A stretch of 64,000 bases of DNA from the human T2T-CHM13v2.0 reference genome, Homo sapiens, in NCBI RefSeq assembly GCF_009914755.1, contig NC_060930.1; one strand, 5' to 3'. Below are positions 56,107 through 64,000 of the stretch, in pieces. The notes below the pieces were generated by a model. That model was not told where the DNA came from. It saw only the letters and a list, made by a program, of their open reading frames with translations, and did no database searches. A program made the translations under genes and the position numbers. How positions within the stretch are numbered: the first letter of the stretch is position 1; the number at the start of each line of letters is the position of its first letter.

Positions 56107-56818
56107 GGAGGTAAATTTTATAGAGAGTTGGCTGGTTCTAAGTGGAAAACTACTCTCTTATTGCATGAAGGTTAAATGCACTCACATGTGACACACACTC
56201 ACATTCATAAACACACACACGATACAATGACAAAATCCCTAAGACAGAGTGGTCCTCGTTTCTGATTTTTCCACACTTTCATTTGCCTGATTTGTTGTAA
56301 ATGCCTCTAAAGTTTGAGCAGAACATCAAGGGTTCCGTTTTCAAAGTGACCTCAACTGCCTCCAGCGTTTCAGGTGTTGAGCTCTAGAAGCCAGGATGGA
56401 AGTTTTCAGGCAGATACAACTCCCAGGCTTTCATTCAGCTTCTATAAAACAACAGTGCACACAGGCACATGCCTCATCACCAGTGTCTGCTGTGTGCACC
56501 CAAAAAAGAAAGCAGACGCAGAAAGATGATTGAAAATGTATTCCATAGGGCTCTAGGGTTGTCTTGAAATGCTCTGTTCTGAAACACTCTATAAAAATTC
56601 CTCACAGATTTTCAGTGACTAGAGGCATGGGGCTGTGGGAGGGGGTGCTCAGCTGCACTCTTTTATTATTGAGCTGATTCAAAGGAACAGATTTTATGTT
56701 GATAAATGTACCTGATACTGACTTTAATGTTCATGGACTGGGTCTTTTCTATCTGTAAAATATGGTTGCAAGGCTTTCATGGACAAGACATGGCCTCTTG
56801 TCTCTGGTAGACCAGGCC

Positions 56819-57223
<405 letters not shown>

Positions 57224-57440
57224 TATTTCTTAAGCGCTTGCACTGTTCCAAGAGCTTGACATTCATTTAATTATCACAACAACTTTTTGAGGTAGCTATC
57301 ATTATTAAGCCAAGTTTGCAAATGAGGAAAGGAGACAGGGAGAGTTTCAGCACTTACCCCAATTACAGCACAAGCTGATGCCAGAGGGAGATTTGAACCC
57401 AGGCTGGCTCACTCCAGCTAACACCCAACCATCACATGCA
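57224..57440 (-). mobile_element. MIR SINE (host of the MADE1)
   Basis: tcatttaattatcacaacaac...gaggtagctatcattatt...tttgcaaatgaggaaa...atttgaacccaggctggct. Confidence 0.7.
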
Positions 57441-58119
57441 GGGCCACCCTGCTCTGCTAACACATTCACACAACTCACTACACATCACCAGACCGACGTG
57501 ATGCTTTCTCCTAACCATAAATAATAAAGGGACTCAGAAGCCCCAAGTGGGGAGAGGTTAATGGGTTTGCGGTTAGAAGGCTTTGCGGAAGAGGGGATGG
57601 GAGCTGGGCCCTGAAGTAGAGGAAGGATTTTGACGGGCTGGGTCAGATGGAGGGAAATATGGCGATGAACACGCACAGAACATTAGAATTACAATGTGAA
57701 GTAAGGTTTGGTTGGGACATAGGCTGCCAGTGGAGCAGTGGGGGCGGCGAGGGTAGGGGGGTGGGAGGTCACCTGCTGGACACCCTGGCGACCTGTTCCT
57801 GCACCTGTTCCCTCCTCACTAGGTGATGGAGGCAGAGAGGACACTGAAGAGAGGAGACATGAGGGCTGTGCGGTGGCCCTGGTGCATCATTTCCTAAGAA
57901 CCCTAAATTTAAATTCTCTGCCCTACTATTTCTTCCCCATAGACAGAGATCCCTTAGTTCTTTCAAACTCCTTTTTCCTTACTGACTGTAGAGACCCCAA
58001 GTTTCTCACTGGCACTGCAAAATATATGCAGAAATTTGACAGTGGGTGATAACAGGATGTTTGGAGTCCTTTTAGCATTAAAAAAAAAAAAAACAACCAG
58101 TAGCAATAGCATCAGAGTA

Positions 58120-58423
<304 letters not shown>

Positions 58424-59411
58424 GGAGTTTTCTCTTATCATAGAAGCATTCTGTGTTTCTATGAGTTTTAGGCCCATTCGATCCACATAAAAACCGCAGC
58501 AGGTATTACCACCTCCCTCTTGACAAACGGGGGCATGGAGGCACAGGCAGTTCAGTGATTCTTTTCTGAAGATCACGTGGTGACTGTGGGACGTGGAGCT
58601 CAAACCCAAGTCTGTGGATTCCTAGCTGGAGGCAAATTCTACCACATCACATTTTTAAGTACACGTGCCTGAAAAGCTTGCCACTCAGGCAAAATCACAA
58701 TAAGACTCAGAATCCGTAAGCGACTAAATTTGCCTGGAGTGACATTATTTTTGTGGCGGGTGTTGAGACTGAGAATAGAGTTAAATGTTAGGAAAAAAAT
58801 TCTGAAGTTTACTGATACATTGCTTGGACCCCAAAGTCCCTGCACTCCTTAGACAAGTGTTGGAGGGAAACGGCCACATCAGGGGTGAAGTGGCATTTAT
58901 CCACTAGTATACTCCAAGATGTCGCGAGTCCCTGAATCCCCCACATCTCTGATTTGGTCTTCCAGCAACTATTGGAATAAGGCTATATGATTTGTGCAAC
59001 AACAATGAAAAGAAGGCAGGAAAGAGGGAAGGAAGGATAGGAAAAAAAAAAAAGAAAGGGAAAGAAAAAGAACACCGTACTGCGACCACTAGTTATTAAC
59101 AGCCCAGCCTGTGGTACACAAAGCTGACAGTTATTATGAGTAATTAGCACAAAGGAAGGTTCTGTATACACACTATTTCCAGACATGTTTTTGAAACAAG
59201 GGCTTTGCCTTTTACCACCAATAATTTGTCTTGTTGTATGTTGTTACTTACACAGATGTTCCATGATTTTTTGCATATGGCTCAGCCAAAGAAAGCTTTT
59301 TCCCCTTCCATTTTTGGGAAAGATGCAACTGACTGTGTAAGGGAGAGGAGAATGTCTAGTTTTTACATAATGTCTATGGCGATGATAGGGGTGCAGTGGC
59401 TGGTGCTGCTG

Positions 59412-59458
59412 GTGTGTGTGTGTGTGTGCGCGTGTGTGTGTGTGTGTATGTGTGTGTA
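59412..59458. repeat. (TG)n microsatellite with a CGCG interruption
   Basis: 47 nt of uninterrupted purine-pyrimidine alternation. Confidence 0.95.
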
Positions 59459-60289
59459 GTAACAAGATTCCCCACCCAATCTTGCCAACCATATTTCATC
59501 TAACTCTCTTGACTGAGTCATTCCTATGGGATTAGGGAGTACTGCGTACATCCAAGGTTCGTGGTGTTTGCTGAGATAACACATTATCAAAAGCCTCTCT
59601 AAAAAGGGTTGAATATTTACAGAAGAAAAAAGAGGCGGGAGAAATGTGAATGCATTTGAGATTTTTTTGTTGTTCTTTCTTGGCAGTCTTTACAACTGAC
59701 AACAGCAGAGCCCTCTCATGTTTCTATGACCTTCCTCAGCACAGTCGGAATGCACATGTACGGTATCAGAGAGCAGCCCGCCTCCATGTTTTCTTGGGAA
59801 GGAGGGTCTGTGCAGATGTGGGGTTTTTTTGGGGGAAATGGGTGTGGGGGTAGGAGCAGGAGCGTAGATAGGAGTGGTGAGATTAAATCCAAGCATACCA
59901 GGTTTTTAGAATAGAGAAATACAACTGGCTGAAATTATCAGGGAGGAAGAGCAGACTAAAAAATATACATCTCTTTTATTGCAATACCACCAATTGAGAG
60001 AACATTCTGCTGGGGGGGATGTCTGCCAAGGACTTCTAATTCAGTTTGTTCCACCCGTTTTATTTTTAAACTCGAGTGCAGATTTTATTCCTGGAATGTT
60101 ATAAGATTGGTGTGGGCAGAAATGGGCAAATTCACTTCAGAAGTGCTTTATAACAACTTGGAAAAGACCCTCTAAAATTCTCCAAGTACATTTTAGGGGT
60201 GAAGTTCATTTCTCTCTTTTCTGAAGAAAGCTGCCTTGATTTTGCAGAAGTAAAACTCGAGTATAATTTTGAAAGCATTTCAAAATAGT

Positions 60290-60480
60290 GATGCTATCTA
60301 TTGGGTATTTAACTATTTTCCAGGGAGTATTATAACAATTTGCATAGTCTCTCATTTAATTCTCACAACTACCTCATCACCCCCATTTACGGGCAAGAAA
60401 CTAAGGCAGGGAGAACTGCCAGAGTTGAGTTCAAATCCAGATCTCCACGATATCAAAATCCTTCTTCGCCACTATGCAAC
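60290..60480 (-). mobile_element. MIR SINE
   Basis: tctcatttaattctcacaact...ccccatttacgggcaagaaactaaggca...gagttcaaatccagatct. Confidence 0.65.
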
Positions 60481-63384
60481 TGTGCTTTCGTGTATTCATA
60501 TCCAGGACATCATAAACTATCAATACAGACGATGTATTAAATAAATATACAACTTGGCCATCAGGCTACTATTTATCATTCTAACAGGATGGGGGCAAAA
60601 GCAGATTCCTTAGCCTGCTTTTCTGATGAGAGATCGCGGGGGAGCCAAAGGCAGTTTGCAAAAGAGGACCAGTCTCTGCGCAGGAGTTTTGGTGGTAAAC
60701 ATGTGAGGGTATCCAGAGAGTGATGGAAATGGTGGATAATCTATTTATTTTGAAATGCCAAATGGTACTAATATAAAAACTTGTTCAACCTACTTTGGCA
60801 ACATTAAATATGAAGGGAATGTACCTTCTTCCCCTCCTCCAAAAGTATTTACTTCAAAAATCGATTTCCTCTGTCACTGGTTATTGCTGCATTTTGCTCA
60901 GTGGTTCTGAGAAACCGCATGGAAAATCACAATGTTACACTCGTTAAATTGACCCTGCAGGGCTCTACCACCAGTACATGCATCATCCCAAGAGGTAAAA
61001 AGGCAAGGCTGCCAGGCTCATGCTGAGAATATCATCATGAAATCAACGAGGATATGCAAATCTCTCTGTTCCATAGCTCATTTGCATGGTTTTCATTGGT
61101 TTTGTAGAACCTCTATACTAAATGTCAATTTCCTTTTCTTTCCTAAAGCTTATTAGCTGTGTGTGATGTTTACAGCTTGAAGACCAAACAGATTTAATAG
61201 TTAAAACATTTAAACTATATAATTTAAAAGCATGCAAGGAAGAGGGAAAAAAAGAGGCTCTGATGTAGATCAAACATGTAGATATATTTGTGCTGTTAAA
61301 ATATGCTTTCCAAGTTTGGAAGATGCGGAGGCCTCATGCATGTCTGTGCACACATAAGCACCACCACAAAATTTGCTTAACCTATTTCTTTTTTCTTTTC
61401 TTCTCTTCTTCTTCTTCTTTTTTTTTTTTGCAATGATCTAGAAGAAGCAGAGACATTTGCTTATAAACTATGAAGGGCTTGAACCCAGCCACTGAGTACA
61501 CATTTTACTCACAATGAAATCTGCATGGAAGCCTGCCAATGTCTGGGCTGACATTCAAACATTCCAAGTTTCTATGTATTTCAATCTCTCAAAACTAATG
61601 TTTTAAAACTCTTGATATTTTCTGAGGCACTACACAGTTCAATCCTCACCTCTCAGTTCAGAGTGAATATACAGCAATAATTCTGCTTGAAAGAAGTGCA
61701 AAGAAGGTCTTTTGCTGTGCAGCATGTAGCTCGATCTACCGCAACAATACAATGAATAGGTTATGGGTTTTGTATTATTATTTTCCTTTGTGCATCAGAT
61801 CTAGAAACAGGGTGAGAAAAGAAGGTTGAAGAAATCTTTTAAAAATCTATAAATATTTAAATATTAGTTACATAGTAGACAATGTCCTATAGCCATGCTT
61901 TATGGAATAAAGCATAGAATCTTTTGCATTTCATGTGGCATCTGAGTACATTATCTACTGCTACTAGTTATTAGTTCACAGCTCTGCCAAGAGGTAATTG
62001 GTGATCCACACCTTCTGAATACTTCTTTTTGGGAACTTTAGCACAATTAGCTGATACCTCAAATTTCACCTGGACCGCAACAGAAACAGCTGTTCAACAT
62101 TAAATTAAATTTTATAGTTGTTGGCTTTAAGGAGGATAAGAAGAACTGAGTGCTCCAAGGAGATTTTAGAGGTGGGCAAAAAACAGCAACCTGCCCCTAC
62201 AAGCAAAGAGAGATGTCCCTCCTGGTTAAGCACCCCTTTGTCACGTGCAGCCCAGGGGAAGTTGTGATAAAGCATCATTTGAAAGTTTTAATGCCGTTGG
62301 GGCTACAAGCACATTGTCTTGATGGAATTCAGCTGTACAGCTCCTTACTGTCAAATACGATCCATTCTGTTTTAAATTCCTTTAACTGTGACAGGCAGCA
62401 TGATGAAACAGGTGCATTAAGTGCATGAAACAGAACAAAAGTAAGAAAAGTGCTCAAAGGAAGGCCAGAAATAGTGAAGCCAGAGTGACAGTCTGCAGAC
62501 CTGGGTCTCAGCAGCTCCGCCCAGGAGTTCCTGCCGGAGCTCAGGCGAGCCACGGATCGGCTCTGTGCCGCTACCTCCTCACCTGCCAAACGAGGGTCAC
62601 GACGCGTCCTCTAACCTCAGAGAATTTTTGTGAAATTGAGAAACTTACAACAAGCACTCAGCAAACATGGATGCCAAACTATTATCTCATAATTCAATGT
62701 GCCCAAATCAGACTGAAACAAGTAAAACCCCAAATTAATTTGACACCATATGCTATGGGTTACATTTTCCAAAAGCCTTCGGAAATTGGCATTTATAATA
62801 TTTGTGGGTTCATCCTTCTCCATGTACAGAAACATGTGCACACATCAAAACAGACCCAGTTAAGTCTTAATTATCTAGTGGAAGATTATCCAAGATTCTT
62901 ACTGTTTCTCCCTTTTCCTGTTGCCCATTTTTAGCCTTTTTTGGCAATTCCTCCACTATTAAAGAAAAGAGATGGCATGCAAATCAATCAACCCCTTTCC
63001 TTCTTCACTGTAATTTCAATTATCTGTGCTACCTCAGCCTCCGTTGGCATGGATGGGCGAGGAGGTGCTATCTTTGTCCTCAGAATTGGATGGAAAACAT
63101 TCATCTGTGTTATTGGGAAATGATGTGAACTTAATTTCTCTTTCCCTTCTAAAACTTTGCTTACTGAATGGAAATGTTCCTGAGATCTGTTTATTTGGTT
63201 CTATATTTATGTACCTCCCTTTTAAAATAGAGAATACATGTTAATGTTTCTTTGATGACTCAGTGTGTATTATCGGTAACAGTCCATTCATGATGTTGCC
63301 ATACCACACAGCATAATTTTCTATCTGCTTCTGATTGATTCTTCATTCTCCCTTGATCTCAGTTTGTCATTTAATACATCTAAG

Positions 63385-64000
63385 TTTTTCACTCAACAAA
63401 TCAAATACTGATGGAGAATCTGCTATACACCAGGCACTGTGCTGCTAGGAGCTGAGGATTGAACGGGGAGAAACAGGAAGCTCCCTGCTCTCATAGTGTT
63501 TCTTAGTTGGGGAGAAAAGACATTCATGATATAATCACATAAATACCTATTTTTATATGTAAAAAATGTTGTCAAAGAAAAGAACGGGGTGATGGGAACA
63601 GTTGGAAGAGGTGTAAAAACTCCAGAGAAGCTGTGGCTCCTAGAAAGAAGGTAGGTTTTAGGACTAGAATGGTGATAGTGGGCCGGAAGAGAGAGAGTGC
63701 ATTCGAAAGACACTGAGGAGATTGCATCAGTAGGACTTGGTGACACATTAGATGCAGAGGAAGAGGGACAGAAATGCTTCAAGGAGGACTTTTAGGCATC
63801 TGTCTTGGGTAACTAGATGATGCCAATGGCTGAGATGGGGAATTCTTGGGTAGATGAGGTTTGGTGGGATGGTGATTGTTATAACTTTGACTTTGAACGT
63901 GCTGAGTTCAGGTGACATTGTGATACCCCAAAGGAGGTGCAGAGTAGGTAGCTGGAGACACAGGCCCGAAGATGATGAGAGGTCTGGCCTAGAAACATGG
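63385..64000 (-). mobile_element. L2 fragment(s) running off the window end
   Basis: L2 3' end (tcactcaacaaa...caccaggcactgtgct...ccctgctctcatag) and body motifs (taggacttggtgac...tttgaacgtgctgagttcaggtg). Confidence 0.7.

Noticed and set aside
62425-62934. 169-aa ATG-initiated ORF
   Set aside because: No recognisable homology or motif, and composition shifts from GC-rich to AT-rich along it; probably a chance ORF.

Overview
This is primate, very probably human, nuclear DNA: CpG-depleted, Alu-rich and non-coding for almost its whole length. It looks like a large intron or intergenic interval. I find no supportable multi-exon gene and cannot name a host gene; the ORF track is mostly chance ORFs or Alu/L1/LTR translations. 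Recognisable content is about 27 Alu/FLAM/FRAM copies, four L1 3' fragments, five MaLR LTRs, one LTR10C-type solo LTR, DNA-transposon fossils (Tigger3b, MER63, MER30, MER20, MER5, MADE1), old MIR/L2 fragments and microsatellites. The best leads are (1) a candidate 18-nt frame-preserving microexon on the minus strand (18194-18211), with a possible antisense spliced non-coding transcript across it; (2) a tail-less AluY fused directly to a very young ACG/A-type L1 3' end (45977-46436); (3) an exact 18-bp direct repeat 1.43 kb apart in unique DNA; (4) an LTR10C solo LTR with a p53-like element; (5) a MADE1/miR-548-type hairpin; and (6) enhancer-like motifs in the repeat-poor right-hand quarter. 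Repeat subfamily calls come from recalled consensus sequences, not a RepeatMasker run. MIR/L2 boundaries are approximate.
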